From Octopus sinensis (taxonomy: Eukaryota): DNA of 64,000 bases. This document shows positions 24,472 through 37,989 of the stretch, piece by piece. How positions within the stretch are numbered: position 1 is the stretch's first letter; each line of letters starts with the position of its first letter. The notes beneath the pieces are model-generated. The model searched no databases. It was not told where the DNA came from and was given only the letters and a program-made list of their open reading frames with translations. Location: positions 5,765,360-5,829,359 of the forward strand of contig NC_043019.1 of NCBI RefSeq assembly GCF_006345805.1. Reading direction: 5' to 3'. The position numbers were made by a program, and so were the translations under genes.

Positions 24472-25059
24472 ACACTTACATTTATAAGTCATACATATAT
24501 GTACACCCACACATACTTATACACATAAACATGCATATACACATAAACACACCTATATACATAGGCACATACACATATGCAGAAACATAAATATGCACAC
24601 ACATACAAATACACAATATACAAACATACACAATATCTAATTATAGCAAAATGTGGTTATTGTTTCTGGTTTATTTCTGCAGGAAATGATGGAGTAAAGG
24701 AGCGCAAGAGGAATGGCTAATCTATTCTAATTGGACGGATTAAAAATGAAAAGCTTTCTTTCTTCAGAAGGGAAGTCAGTAGAAGAATTATGTGAAAAAT
24801 GTTGGCTGTTTGTATTTTGATTGTAAGGTGAGCATTGTGTGATCACAGTTGTGGACATGACAAATTTACTAAGAATATTTTGAGGGCACTGAAGAATGGC
24901 AAAGATTATCACAAGACCTCGTTTTATCTGATAAACAGAATTTTATTCATGTAGCAGCTTAGTGAAAATAGTTGATAACTTTTGGGATTTGGGCTGATCT
25001 CTTTGAAAGACTTAAAAAGACAAATGTTTACTTGGGTTCATGGTGTCCTGTTGATGAGA

Positions 25060-25275
25060 GAGAAATTTCCTCTATGTTTAGTCCCTTGTGGGTAGTAAAG
25101 AAATAGGTATTTCGTCTGTTTTTTTTTTAACATTCTGAGTTCAAATTCCACCAAGGCTGACTTTGCCTTCCATTCCCTCGGAGCCGATAGAGCACCAGTG
25201 AAGCAGTGGGGTTGATGTAATCGATTAGTCACCTCCCCAAAAACCTCAGGTCCCGTGCCTTTAGTAGAAAGGATT
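25060..25275 (+). mobile_element. SINE family B remnant with dimer junction
   Basis: AAAGAAATA|GGTATTTCGTCTG junction as in the 33686 and 53786 dimers. Confidence 0.7.
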
Positions 25276-25334
25276 ATTATTAGTAGTAGTAGAAGCTAGT
25301 CTATGTTAAGTTGGGTGCTTTTACGTGGGTCATG

Positions 25335-25676
25335 ATGGTGTCATGTAAAATAACCTGTGTCAATGCCACATAAAAGATCCTGAACCAGTGTCATCTAAAG
25401 GCATCTGTGCTGGTTTGATGTAAAAGCAGCCATGCTGGTGTCACATGATGACACCCATGTCACTGCTGCATAAAAGTGCCCCTGCTAGTTCCACATAAAA
25501 GCACCCAGTACACCCTGTAAAGTGGTTGGTATTAGGAAGGGCATCTAACTGTAGAAACCACAGCAGACAAATCGATCCCAAGCAACCCTCAGTTGGCCAA
25601 CACCTGTCAAACTGTCCCATCAATACCAACATGGAGAACAGATGTTAAAAGATGATGATGATGATGATACTGATGA
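25335..25676 (+). mobile_element. Family D element, degenerate
   Basis: GTAAAAGCA repeats, GGTATTAGGAAGGGCATC, (GAT)n tail. Confidence 0.7.
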
Positions 25677-25699
25677 TCAAGGCAGTAGCGGGGCTGTAA

Positions 25700-26020
25700 A
25701 TTGCATAGCACAAGCTTTTGTCATCAGTGATGACCTTCACAAAAAGGACTGGATCAACTTCCAACTGTTATTTCAGTTCATGCCATGCATTCAGTTGTGA
25801 CTGCTTTTGATGTTCCCTGAACAAGCGAGGCACAAATTTTGCTGCAATTCTTTTCATTCACAATTCCTTGCTCAAAATTCATTTGCAGGAGTTCCAGGAC
25901 ACGTCAGTCATATTAAGAAGTTCATCACTTGTTTGGTGGTGGTCCTTTGGTGTTTTCATTCATTCGGGAGGTCAACAGTCGCCCTGAACAAGGTTGATCT
26001 TCAAGCAACAAGTGACTATC
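25700..26020 (-). pseudogene. Decayed mariner transposase, middle part
   Basis: LEDQPCSGR..TS..NEN, then MKRIAAKFVPRLF (WVPHEL-linker equivalent), then KVITDDKSLCY (first catalytic D, TGDESW-like). Confidence 0.8.
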
Positions 26021-26028
26021 CCTAAACT

Positions 26029-26579
26029 ATCTTGGGTCATACATATCATCATCTGGAAAAGATTTTCTAACTAGAAAGGGTATGGCCTGGTCAGCCTGTA
26101 ATGATATGCATAAGATCTGGTCATCAAATCTTAAGTAGAGACTTCAAACTTAAAATCTTCAAAGCCACAGTCGAACCAATTCTACTATATGGCTCAGAAA
26201 CCTGGACGTTATCAAAGAAGCTTGAGAGGTGGTTGGATGGAACTTACACTCTCCTCCTTATGAGAGCTCAAAATCTCTCATGGAATTGTCATCCAACTAA
26301 AGTACAAATATATGGGAAATTACCACCTGTAAAAGGTAGGAGAGTCCAGTTTGCTGGACATTGTTGTAGAGCTGAAAACGAGGCAATTTCTACTCTTCTC
26401 CTCTGGAAGCCATCTACTCGCAATACCAGAGTGCGCACACTCTCCTACCCCGATGTAATCTCCAGGGATACAGGCATCCAGCAACATGACCTCCGTAATG
26501 CTATGATGGACCGTGAAGTCTGGTGTAGCATGGTAAATTCCATTGTCTCGACCACGGTCGAACAATGATGATGATGATT
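26029..26579 (+). mobile_element. RTE-clade LINE, 5'-truncated 3' end
   Basis: YLGSYI...IFKATVEPILLYGSETWTL...RVQFAGHC...DREVW, (GAT)n tail, flanked by the direct repeat CCTAAACT. Confidence 0.9.
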
Positions 26580-26587
26580 CCTAAACT

Positions 26588-26709
26588 TGTGTTTTGCTCA
26601 TGGCTGTGTCCTTGTAAGCTGTTTGAAGCATGGCAACTGTTTTGGCCACCGTTTTCCTCAGCAGAAAATAGAATTTCATGGAAACATGCTGTTCCTTCAT
26701 TTCAGCCAT
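26588..26709 (-). pseudogene. Decayed mariner transposase N-terminus
   Basis: MAEMKEQHVSMKFYFLLRKTVAKTVAMLQTAYKDTAMSKTQV fits the mariner N-terminal HTH pattern. Confidence 0.8.
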
Positions 26710-26924
26710 TGCAAAAATCAACAAACAGGGGAGAAGCGCTGCAAAACAAAGATGCACCATGTGGCAGTAGGACATCATCAGGTGATGCCAGTCAGCAGAC
26801 TGATGCCTGAGTGTCGCATCAAGTGGCTTCTAGTGGTGGAAGCCTGAACTACAACAGGTTTGTCCCACAGAGAACGTTTCTAGCTACTTTTGGGTACCCC
26901 CTTATATTGGTTGGTGCCAGCTAA

Positions 26925-27125
26925 CAAGAAATCTTCCATCCAACTAGAAACATCAGCCAAATCTCCCTCAAATTATTCTCTCCACTTTTCAAAGACAAGA
27001 CACACTGGATAATGTAGTTCTAGATACAAAATTCCTGACAAAAAATGGGGTGGTCATGGCTGGAGCATTTTTGATCGCAAATCTGCTCAGTTATGGTTTA
27101 CCTGATGTTAAACTGCAACAACACT
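26925..27125 (+). repeat. Dispersed repeat E (also 34410-34630; fragments at 23590-23645 and 50855-50890)
   Basis: Shared GAAATAGCAGCCAAATCTC...GGATAATGTAG.TCTAGATACA...GGTCATGG. Confidence 0.65.
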
Positions 27126-27557
27126 CTCTGTTGCCATTAGCAACCAATTATTTCACAGTTTGTTTTTAAATTTGCAAGTGTCAATAACTTTTGGTAAAAA
27201 ACAGTTAAAACAGAAAGATGAAATTATGAAAGGTGAGCTGTCAAGAAGTCATCTACGAATAATGACAATGCAGTGACCAGTAGTCACACAATGACCTCCA
27301 AGTGACCATGCATTGACCACCAAGTGACCACCAAATATCTGAAACAGTAATCAAGATCACCAGACAATAACTCAGAAAGACAAACTCAAAATAATGTTTA
27401 ATTAAAGAGAAACATTGAAGGTTTGTCATTGTTGTACAAGTGAGAGGCGGCGGGGGTAGAGTCTGTGGTCCCTTTTGCTTTTTAGGGTTTCTGAAACTGG
27501 TAGAGAGAAAACATAACAGTAACACCAGAGTGGACTCTATTATTAACCTTTTAACAT

Positions 27558-27965
27558 AGGGGCAGGAGTGGCTGTGTGGTAAGTAGCTTGTTTACCAACC
27601 ACATGGTTCCGGGTTCAGTCCCACTGCGTGGCACCTTGGGCAAGTGTTTTCTACTATAGCCTTGGGCCGACCAAAGCCTTGTGAGTGGATTTGGTAGACG
27701 GAAACTGAAAGAAGCCTGTCGTACATATGTATATGTATATATATGTATGTGTGTGTATATGTTTGTGTGTCTGTGTTTGTCCCCTAGCATTGCTTGACAA
27801 CCGATGCTGGTGTGTTTATGTCCCCGTTACTCAGCGGTTCGGCAAAAGAGACCGATAGAATAAGTACTGGGCTTACAAAAGAATAAGTCCCGAGGTCGAG
27901 TTGCTCGATTAAAGGCAGTGCTCCAGCATGGTTGCAGTCAAATGACTGAAACAAATAAAAGAGTA
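27558..27965 (+). mobile_element. SINE family A, full length
   Basis: Homology to family A. Confidence 0.9.
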
Positions 27966-28004
27966 TATATATATATATATATATATATATCTTCTCTCTT
28001 TATT

Positions 28005-28230
28005 ACAAATTTAATCCAGCCATGCCTGGCCAAAATATTCAACTATTTCTATGTTCAAACTGGCCAGATCCAGCCCCTCACACTTATCCTAAAATGTCAT
28101 TCTAAGAATATACAGTTACATCATTGAAATCACAGCTACAAAATAATACCTGATTAATTCAAAAGAATGTGAATAAATATGCTTTACATTTGACAGAATA
28201 ATCTGAATGCCAAAAGGTTGGGGTGACCCC
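28005..28230 (+). repeat. Dispersed repeat F (second copy at 32045-32670, split by a SINE)
   Basis: GTTCAAACTGGCCAGATC...AATGTCATTCTAA...AATCTGAATGC.AAAG is shared. Confidence 0.7.
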
Positions 28231-29825
28231 CCCCCCCCCCCCACCTCCTTTCAGGTGGCCAAACAGTTGATGCAAGTTAGATATGACCACCAACAACCTT
28301 GCTCTCAACATCACACAACTCATCTGACCCGCCCATTAATAGTAATCCACTTTGTGGTCGCAATTATTATTGACGTGCACGAACACTTACCAGTTCCTCT
28401 TGGATTTTACCATTTGAGTTAGTGACTGCATTTATGAAAAAGAGGGAGAGGATGGTAGTCATTTTTATTGACCTCTGACGAGGGTAGAGGTGATGGTGGT
28501 AGTGGTGGTGGTGGTGGTGGTGGTAGTGGTAGTGGTGGTAGTGGTGATGGGGATAATGATGGTAGTGGTGATAATGATGGCTGTGATATTGCCAATTAAA
28601 GATGAGGACATTGTTAATTACATAATGATGTTAATGGCTCAGCTTAATGGAATGTAATACAATCCTGTTCAAATGAATATATACGCACAAACACATGCTT
28701 ATATACATATATATATGCACACAAACATGCATACATACCCACATACAAATATTCATATGTACATTGTATACATACATACATACTTTTCAGGAATTTTCTT
28801 ACATATACAATATGTGTATGTATGTAGTTATGCTTGTAGCTTGTGTATAGGTATGCATGTAGAAATACATGAATATACATACATACATATATATATACAT
28901 TAATAAACACACACACACACACACTCACAAAATGTGCATGTATGAGAGCAGAAGATATAATAGAGGAGATACTCACCACTCGTGGTGGTGTGGTGTAGTA
29001 CAGTTGTGTGGTGTGTTTGTCCTCCTCTTTCTGCAATATTTCTTTCTCGCATTCCTTCGACTGCCAAGCAATGGCTGTGGAAAACACAACAAATACTAAT
29101 TAATCAAAAATGTTAATTAATCATCTATGGTAATTAATCATGATCAAAAATCAAGGAAGTACTTCAATGTGTCTACAGGAGATTGATTAACAAGATTAAT
29201 CATGAATCACAGTCATGAGATCAAACTCTGCTGCAGGCATTTTAAGTGAAGGTAACCCCAATTTATGGCTCACAGTTAAGGAGTCACTGGTAGCTAAGGG
29301 TGTCCAGCTGTAAAAAGAATGACTTCAAAAAGAAAGACCTGGCTCACACACCTGTACAAGAAAGAAAAATTAGGTTAGCAGGTAGGGTTGTTCAAAGCAA
29401 GTCCTGCAGAACTTTAGGGGTAGCATAAATAAAGCCACTGGTATTCCACAAAATAAAGGGTTTTTTTAATAAAATTTAACAAAGTTTAATTTATAAACAA
29501 GATAATATTCACCATTTTCAAGACAAGTAATTTATTTGCTTTTTTTATGTGAATAAATTCTTTCAAATACAATTTTTGTTTTGTTAACTGAATTACAATA
29601 GTTAAGTCGGTAAAGGTTATCCGTAGAACACAGAGGCCGGTTCTGTGATTTTTCAAAAATCATATAATGGGTTCAGTACTAAAATAACTTTAGACAATGT
29701 CTAGTGACCCACTCAGACCATATTTTGGGTTTATTAGAAACTTCAGATGTGATGTTGGGTAGAATCCCTTCAATTCACTCTACATGATAATTCAGATGAT
29801 CTTTTCTTTATATCGACAACAGAAC

Positions 29826-30153
29826 AGTGTAGGTTCCATCCAATCGCCTCTCAAGCTTCTTTGATAATGTCCAGGTTTCTGAGCCATATAGTAGAATTGG
29901 TTCGATTGTGGCTTTGAAGATTTCAAGTTTGAAGTCTCTAATTAGATTTGATGACCAGATCCTATGCATATCATTACAGGCTGACCAGGCCATACCCTTT
30001 CTAGTTAGAAAATCTTTTCCAGATAATGATATGTATGACCCAAGATACTTGTAATCAGAAACCATATTTAAGGGCGCATTGTTGAGAGTATGGATGATGC
30101 AATCACTGTTGGACAGGCACTTGTTTACATATTCAATCTTGGCCTCATTGAGG
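29826..30153 (-). mobile_element. RTE-clade LINE internal fragment (same family as 26029-26579)
   Basis: YKYLGSYISLSGKDFLTRKGMAWSACNDMH...ILLYGSETWTLSKKLERRLDGTYT. Confidence 0.9.
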
Positions 30154-30196
30154 TAATATATATATATACGTATGTATGTATGTATAATGTATGTAT

Positions 30197-30227
<31 letters not shown>

Positions 30228-30269
30228 GATAAATTGATAGATACAACTGAGTGGGCAAACAAAAATATG

Positions 30270-30610
30270 AGACACTGCCTAGTGCTTTTTTTTATTTTGA
30301 TAAGCCTGGTACTTATTCTATCAGTTTCTTCTTGTGAAACCAGTAAGTTATGGGGATGTAAAGAAACGAAAAACCAGTTCTGAAGCAGCGATGAGGGAGA
30401 AACACAAAGAAACACACATAGACTTACATATATACATACATATGTATACAATTGATTTCTTTCAGTTTCTGTCTACAAAATCCAGTGACAAGGCTTTGGT
30501 TGGTGTGAGGCTATAGCAGAATACACATGCGAAGTTACCACATAGTGGGACTGAACTGAGGACCATGTGTTTTGGATCCAAGTTTGTTACCACACAGCCA
30601 CACCTACACC
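30270..30610 (-). mobile_element. SINE family A, degenerate
   Basis: Homology to family A. Confidence 0.7.
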
Positions 30611-30706
30611 TATGTATGTGTGTGTGTGGAGGTGGGTGTGTATGGGTGTGTATGTGGTTCAATGTTCGAAGGTCATGTTTCAGCATCTTATCCACTGCTA
30701 GTATGT

Positions 30707-30770
<64 letters not shown>

Positions 30771-31294
30771 CACACACACACACACACACATACACCTACA
30801 CACAAAGGGGTGCTGAAAGAGTTCCTGGCTTTGGATAAAAGTAAATACAGGAGGATCATTTAATTATGATTTTATTTAACATATTCCACTCTCAGATTCA
30901 CACTACTACAGTTTTCTAATTCCTGTAAAAGAACTCCAAAGGTTGGGCCTCCAACCAGGCCCTTCATGATACCCTTAAAGCCAGGAACTTTCCAGCAAAA
31001 CCCAATGTATGCATGTATGTATGTATATATACACATGTAATTACAAATTTGTACATACGCATATGTGAATATATATTGATGCGATGGATGTGAATTCAGC
31101 AACATCATCACCATTAGTCTTTTACATTCTGCTCTTCTTTAATGATGACATGGATTAAGGGACTAAGGGACTAAGGGATTAAGGGATCATCACTGGTCTG
31201 ACAACACAACAACAACAAAGAAAGCCACTGACTTTGGTTTTAAATGCCTCACTTTCTTTTCTCTCTCTCTCTCTTTCTTTGTCTATCTCTCACA

Positions 31295-31331
<37 letters not shown>

Positions 31332-32241
31332 GCACACACATCCAAATTTATATCTATGAAGTGTGTGTGTATGTGTGTGTATGTGTGTGTGTGCATGTGT
31401 GTGTGTATGTGTGTGTGTGTATGTGTGTGTGTATGTGTGTGTGTATGTGTGTGTGTATGCTTGCTCATAGAGTTTTAAATGAATCACCTTTATTTTCCAA
31501 ATTTACAGATGAATTTCTTTTGAGATTCTAAACATCTCGAACGGGTGTCTTTGTTTTCTAATTGCAAAAATAATTCCAATTAATTGAAATGTTTCTATTC
31601 TGCTATATACATGCAAATGTGCAACTGTATTGTGTGTGTGTGTGATAAAGGGAGAGAGTGAGTGTGTGTGTGTGTGTGTGCATGCATGCATGTTGTGTTT
31701 ATAAAAATAATATTCCTCCATCTCATTATTCAAAGTTTTATGATACCTGGTTTTAAATCTGAACTATGATACTACTCAAAAACACTATATTAGCATGACC
31801 AAAGGAAATTCAAGAGAAGATTGTATAACCACCATTTGTTTTTTTTTATTCAGAATGTGATAAGTAAAATACATTAAGTTTTTTTATGCATTTGAGTTAT
31901 ACCTGGTTGTTGAAAGCTTTGAACAATAATAGGAATTAGAAGATTGTTGACTTCTTGTAAAATTGTACCTTTACACTGACAACTCAACACAGTTCATACC
32001 AGTAATACTGGCTGGAGAAAATAAAAGTAGTAATAGATGTCTTAACCATTTTGTATTCAAACCAGCCAAATCCATCCCAAATATTCTGTTTTAGGTTCAA
32101 ACTGGCCAGATCTGGCCTTTCGTACCTACCCTATAATGTCATTCTAAAAGTATGCAATCACACCATTGAAATCTCAAAGCTTCAAGATAATGCATCGTTG
32201 ATTCAAAACAATGTGGATATAGAAGCATTATTACATTTGAT

Positions 32242-32630
32242 GTGGAGGCGCAATGGCCCAGTGGTTAGGGCAGCGGATTCGCGGTCGTAGGATCACGGTT
32301 TCGATTCCCAGACCGGGCGTTGTGAGTGTTTATTGAGCGAAAACACCTAAAGCTCCACGAGGCTCCGGCAGGGGATGGTGGTGATCCCTGCTGTACTCTT
32401 TCATCACAACTTTCTCTCACTCTTACTTCCTGTTTCTGTTGTACCTGTATTTCAAGGGGCCGGCCTTGTCACTCTCTGTTTCACGCTGAATATCCCCGAG
32501 AACTACGTTAAGGGTACACGTGTCTGTGGAGTGTTCAGCCACTTACACGTTAATTTCACGAGCAGGCTGTTCCGTTGATCGGATCAACCGGAACCTTCGT
32601 CGTCGTAACCGACGGAGTGCTTCCATATCC
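32242..32630 (+). mobile_element. SINE family C head with tail type 1, full length
   Basis: 12-bp TSD ATTACATTTGAT at 32230-32241 and 32631-32642; tRNA-like head. Confidence 0.92.
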
Positions 32631-33346
32631 ATTACATTTGATAAAGTAATCTGAATGCTAAAGGGTGAAATGGAGAGTTGCCTGGTTGAGAGTGTGTAGA
32701 AGACTGGAATTTAATATTTGAGTTAACAAAATGTAAAAATAGCTTTAGCAAAGAAAAGAAACCCATCAAAACTTTGTATTGCACTTTAGGAACGCAAGGT
32801 GTCTATAAATGAGATTCTAGGCATAACCAGGGACAATAGGTTGGTGTAGGCAAAACATGTATCTTCCCTGTATATAAAAAAATACTTGCTGAGGATGTCA
32901 CATAAAATTGCAGACAAGCTGGACAAGGAACTGGGAATCATTGTTTATAAAGCTTAATCCTTTTGTTACCAAATTCCGGTTACTATTACACTACCTTTGT
33001 TTTAATTTATTTGGGTTTATTATGAAGAATTTAATAGAATAACTTTATCATTATTAAACTTGAGTTTGAAACACAAATTAATATGAAATGTTTATGGAAG
33101 GTTTTAATTTGGTTCAGTTTAAAATAGGAAGTCTGTATCATAGATTTATGGGTGGTTTGGGGATGGAAAGGGATAAATTTCAAGGGTTATGGAGTAAAAT
33201 TGTCTATACTAGGCAGCAAAGCATTCTCCGCTAACCAACAGTAATCCAGAAGAAGACTTTTAGAACCAGTGAAATTGATGGAGCTGATGCTGTGGAATAA
33301 AAGTGCATTGAACTAAACCATAAACACTAATAATAAAAAAAAAGCA

Positions 33347-33482
33347 TTAGGCATGGCTGTGTGGTAAGAGGCTTGCTTCCCAATCACATGATCATGGGTT
33401 CAGTTTCACTGCATGGCACTTTGGGCAAGTGTCTTCTACTATAGCCTTGGGCCAACCAAAACTTTGTGAGTGAATTTGGTAG
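33347..33482 (+). mobile_element. SINE family A head fragment
   Basis: Homology to family A. Confidence 0.75.
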
Positions 33483-33685
33483 CAATTGCCTTATGCTAAG
33501 GAAAACATCATAAACATATCTATATTCCATTTGGGGTCGATAAATTAAGTACCAGTTGTGTACTGGGGTTGATCTAATCGACAGGCCCCCTCCCCTAAAA
33601 ATTTCGAGCTTTGTGCCTAGAGTAAAAAAGAATTCTCCACAAAAGTTGATTAGATTAATAATGGAAACAATACAGATAACAGTGT

Positions 33686-34078
33686 AAGGCATTGAACTGG
33701 CAGAATCGTTAGCACGCCGGGCAAAATGCTTAGCGGTATTTCATCTGTTTTTACGTTCTGAGTTCAAATTCCGCCGAGGTCGACTTTGCCTTTCATCCTT
33801 TCGGGGTCAATTAAATAACTACCAGTTACGCACTGGGGTTGATGTAATCGGCTTAATCCCTTTGTCTATCCTTGTTTGTCCCCTCTATGTTTAGCCCTTT
33901 GTGGGTAGTAAAGAAATAGGTATTTCATCTGTCTTTACGTTCTGAATTCAAATTCCACTAAGGTTGACTTTGCCTTTCATCCTTTTGGGATCGATAAATT
34001 AAGTGCTAGTTGTGTACTGGGGTCGATCTAATCGACTGGGCCCCTCCCCAAAAATTCAGGCCTTGTGCCTAGAGTAGA
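33686..34078 (+). mobile_element. SINE family B dimer (B1 tail, then headless unit with B2 tail)
   Basis: 21-bp TSD AAACAATACAGATAACAGTGT at 33665-33685 and 34079-34099. Confidence 0.92.
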
Positions 34079-35782
34079 AAACAATACAGATAACAGTGTG
34101 CATTTGAGGATTTTTTTGACATGGTACAAGTCTTGTTTACACAAGTGAGAAGGAGAGATCTGTACTTGGTTTTGTTAATCTTAGGTAGATGGACATAACC
34201 ACATGGCCAATATGCATAACATGTTTAATGACCTGGGGCAACTTATCTTACCTGTATGAAGTAAATGGACTGCACCATTGATTGTTAACTACCTTAGATG
34301 TAAATAGGACACAATGCCAATGATATGACATGACATTTCAATCCTTTATTTGATTGTCCCTATAAAATATGGCCATCTGTGAATCAAAAAGGGAGTACAA
34401 AACCAATGATGTCACTTGACCTGTTGGAAATAGCAGCCAAATCTCTCACATTATACTCTGCCACTGTCTCAATAAAAAGAGGACATGTAAGTAATGTAAT
34501 TCTAGATACACTAGGGTTACGAAAAGAAAAATAAAGAAGTGATGGTCATGGTTGAGATTCCTTTAATGAAAAGTCTGCTGAACCAAGACCGATGTCGGGC
34601 TAAGTAACAGCAACAACAGCAACAACAACAACATGGCTGACTATTGATTCTGGAACACTGAAGAACATAAATTTGATAGAAATAAAATGCTGAACTCACA
34701 TTGATGACAGCCAGAAGAGAGAAAATGTGCAAAACTTTCCGAACAGCTTGCTCGTCGTAAATTGAGGAACGGAAGATTTTGGCATGGTTTGGTCTGTGTC
34801 CACACTACACTTGGCTGACTTCTGCGACGGAACATTTTTGGCCTCCCCCACAATCAAAAGTACGATGGAATTATTAAACTGATAATCAATGACAATGCAA
34901 AATCCCTTGGGTGCCTGATGGAGTTTGTGTCGAGAGAAGGTGAGAGGAGAGAGGGTCACTTTGGAATGAATTGAGGTAACGGTCCTCCTGAAAGAAGTGT
35001 ATAACTTACAACGCGAAGTGGAACATATCGAGAAAGAACATTATTTTCCAATCAAGTGAAAAAAGGCATCAGCATCACATAATCTCAGGTGTTGTAACAA
35101 ATAGGAGAGGCTATGAGCTAATGTGATCCATCCTTATTCAGAATTATGAACCTGTACTCCTGGTTGAGTGGGTTGGGTTACGACAAGATATAAAAACTTG
35201 AATCTCAGCAGGTTTTCTTCCATGGAAGGGATAAAAAAAGAACAAAGTCCTCCTGGTTGCAAAATTAAGTTCTATTGTGTTTATACAACTAGATTCCTGT
35301 TTAAAGAAAAGTGTACTAACAAATTGAAAATCAAACACAAGCGCCTGAAGTTGAAACTAGGACATTTCTTATTGGTCAATAATTACTGGTCACATGACAA
35401 GAGAAGTATTTCAACCAAGAGGTAAATATTTACACACTCTCTCTCTCTTTCTTTCAACATGTATTGTGTGTATGTGAGTGTAACCTCAATGAATATAGGC
35501 ATTCTTATACATGCACACATGCACACACACACACACACATTATATATCTGTATTGGAATGTTGATACGTATGCAAGGTACATACCTCCCACACACACGCA
35601 CTTCTGTGTATATACCAAACAGTCAAGTAAAAGACATACGTACACAAACTGGAGAACAAGAGAGGGGGAGGAGGAGGAGGAGGAAGAAGAGGAGGAGGGC
35701 AATAGAAAAAAAGAAAATGAATTCACAATTCCAGCTAAAATTTCTCTGAGATTAACTGCTTTCGACAGACAACTTATACAGA

Positions 35783-35871
35783 CACACACCAGCCCCTATA
35801 CACACACATCAGCCCCTATACACACACATCAGCCCCTATACACACCCATCAGCCCCTATACACACACACCA
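35783..35871. repeat. 20-bp minisatellite (CACACACATCAGCCCCTATA), about 4 copies
   Basis: Direct reading. Confidence 0.9.
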
Positions 35872-36044
35872 GATGGACAAATAAACAAGTTCAAGAAAAA
35901 TGAAGAGACATCAGAAATAGATGGATACAAGTCTAATTGCTTTATAAATTAGATTATGTGTCTGAGTATTCCACAGATACTAATAACCATATTACAATGT
36001 ATAACAAATATTATGTATGTATATCTATAGCTATATATATATGT

Positions 36045-36215
36045 GCAGTGATGGCTGTGTGGTAAAAATTTTGTTTCCCAACCACATGGTTCTGGGTTCA
36101 CTCCCACCACGGAGAACCTTACGCAAATGTCTTGGACTGACCAAAGCCTTATGAGTGCATTGTTTAGATGGAAACTGAAAGAAGCCTACCATATATGTGT
36201 GTGTGTGTGTGCTTG
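36045..36215 (+). mobile_element. SINE family A head fragment, degenerate
   Basis: Homology to family A. Confidence 0.7.
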
Positions 36216-36624
36216 TATGTGTGTTCTCTTATATTTTTGATTATTTGAAGTCTTCAGTAAAGAAGGGCCTGCTTTCTAACAAAGGGACAAAGCCCCGTTG
36301 TTGAAATGTAGATAACAAAAATAACAACAGATTTTGAACTTGAGAAATGTTTTTAGAGTTTAACTGTTTCGTTTACAGATTGTATTTGTAAAATGCAAGT
36401 TTGCTGGTCGAATTCTTTCTCTGAAAACCTCTGCTAATCCAGATTGTCATTAACTCCAAAAACCAAATGCACCACTTATTATTTAGCTATAGGAGTTGGA
36501 GGTTTAGAAGCAGTTGTCCTGAGTGATCCTCTTTAACTTTGATTTTGAAGAGATATTCACATAAACAAGGCCTCCATGTCTCTCTCCAACAAGTATATCC
36601 AGCCCACAATGCTTGCACTTACGG

Positions 36625-37138
36625 CACTGAGCTGGCAGAAACGTTAGCGCGCCGGGCAAAATGCTTAGCGGTATTTCATCTGCCACTACGTTCTGAGTTC
36701 AAATTCTGCCGAGGTTGACTTTGCCTTTTATCCTTCCGGTGTCGATAAATAAAGTACCAGTTACGCACTGGGGTCAATATAATCGACTTAATCTGTTTGG
36801 GTGAAATGCTTCGTGGTATTTCGTCTGTCGCTACATTCTGAGTTCAAATTCTGCCGAGGTTGACTTTGCCTTTTATCCTTCCGGGGTCGATAAAGTACCA
36901 GTTATGCACTGGGGTCAAAATAATCGACTTAATCTGTTTGGGTGAAATGCTTAGTGGTATTTTGTCTGTCGCTACATTCTGAGATCAAATTCTGCCAAGA
37001 TTGACTTCGCCTTTCATCCTTTCGGGGTTGATAAATAAAGTACCAGTTACGCACTGGGGTAAATATAATTGACTTAACCCTTTGTCTGTCTTTGTTTGTC
37101 CCCTCTATGTTTAGCCCCTTGTAGGCAATAAAGAAATA
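36625..37138 (+). mobile_element. SINE family B with three tandem core units of about 140 bp
   Basis: The core repeats three times with junction CGACTTAATCTGTTTG|GGTGAAATGCTT. Confidence 0.88.
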
Positions 37139-37329
37139 TATAATGTTTGCACTTGGAAGTTTCAAGAGAATGTTCAACCAATATTCCTCATGTTTACGTA
37201 TACGAAACCAGAAGCAGATTCTCTATTCCTTCCCGGACAATATGTATATATGCAATGTATATGTATGTATAAACACACACATTGATGTATGTATAAATGA
37301 CTATAAATATGTATGAAGATATGTATATA

Positions 37330-37494
37330 TAGGCGCAGGAGTGGCTGTGTGGTAAGTAGCTTGCTAACCAACCACATGGTTCCGGGTTCAGTCCCACTGC
37401 GTGGCATCTTGGGCAAGTGTCTTCTGCTATAGCCCCGGGCCGACCAATGCCTTGTGAGTGGATTTGGTAGACGGAAACTGAAAGAAGCCTGTCG

Positions 37495-37525
<31 letters not shown>

Positions 37526-37718
37526 TTGTCCCCCTAGCATTGCTTGACAACCGATGCTGGTGTGTTTATGTCCCCGTCACTTAGCGGTTCTGCAAAAACA
37601 GACCAGAATAAGTACTGGGCTTACAAAGAATAAGTCCCGGGGTCGATTTGCCCGACTAAAGGCGGTGCTCCAGCATGGCCGCAGTCAAATGACTGAAACA
37701 AGTAAAAGAGTAAAAGAG
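37330..37718 (+). mobile_element. SINE family A, full length
   Basis: Homology to family A. Confidence 0.9.
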
Positions 37719-37860
37719 TATATATACATGTGTGTGTGTGTGCATGTGTAAAGTCATGTTTGGACATCTTATTGGTTCATAGTTTTTGTTCAAAGGTGGA
37801 CTTCGATACAGTTGAAGTCATTCAAACCTGACGTAATGTAAATATGTGGGTGTGTGTGGG

Positions 37861-37919
<59 letters not shown>

Positions 37920-37989
37920 ACACATGGGTATGTAATGTCAGCGCATGAGTGTGTATAATATCTATGGAATTATATGTATAGTTACTCTT

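Noticed and set aside
32242-32320. tRNA-like heads of SINE families A, B, C, G and H as tRNA genes
   Set aside because: They have A/B boxes but no complete cloverleaf with a paired acceptor stem, and each runs into a SINE body.
34650-35050. PWVP motif suggesting a second mariner fragment
   Set aside because: No supporting HTH or catalytic motifs in register.
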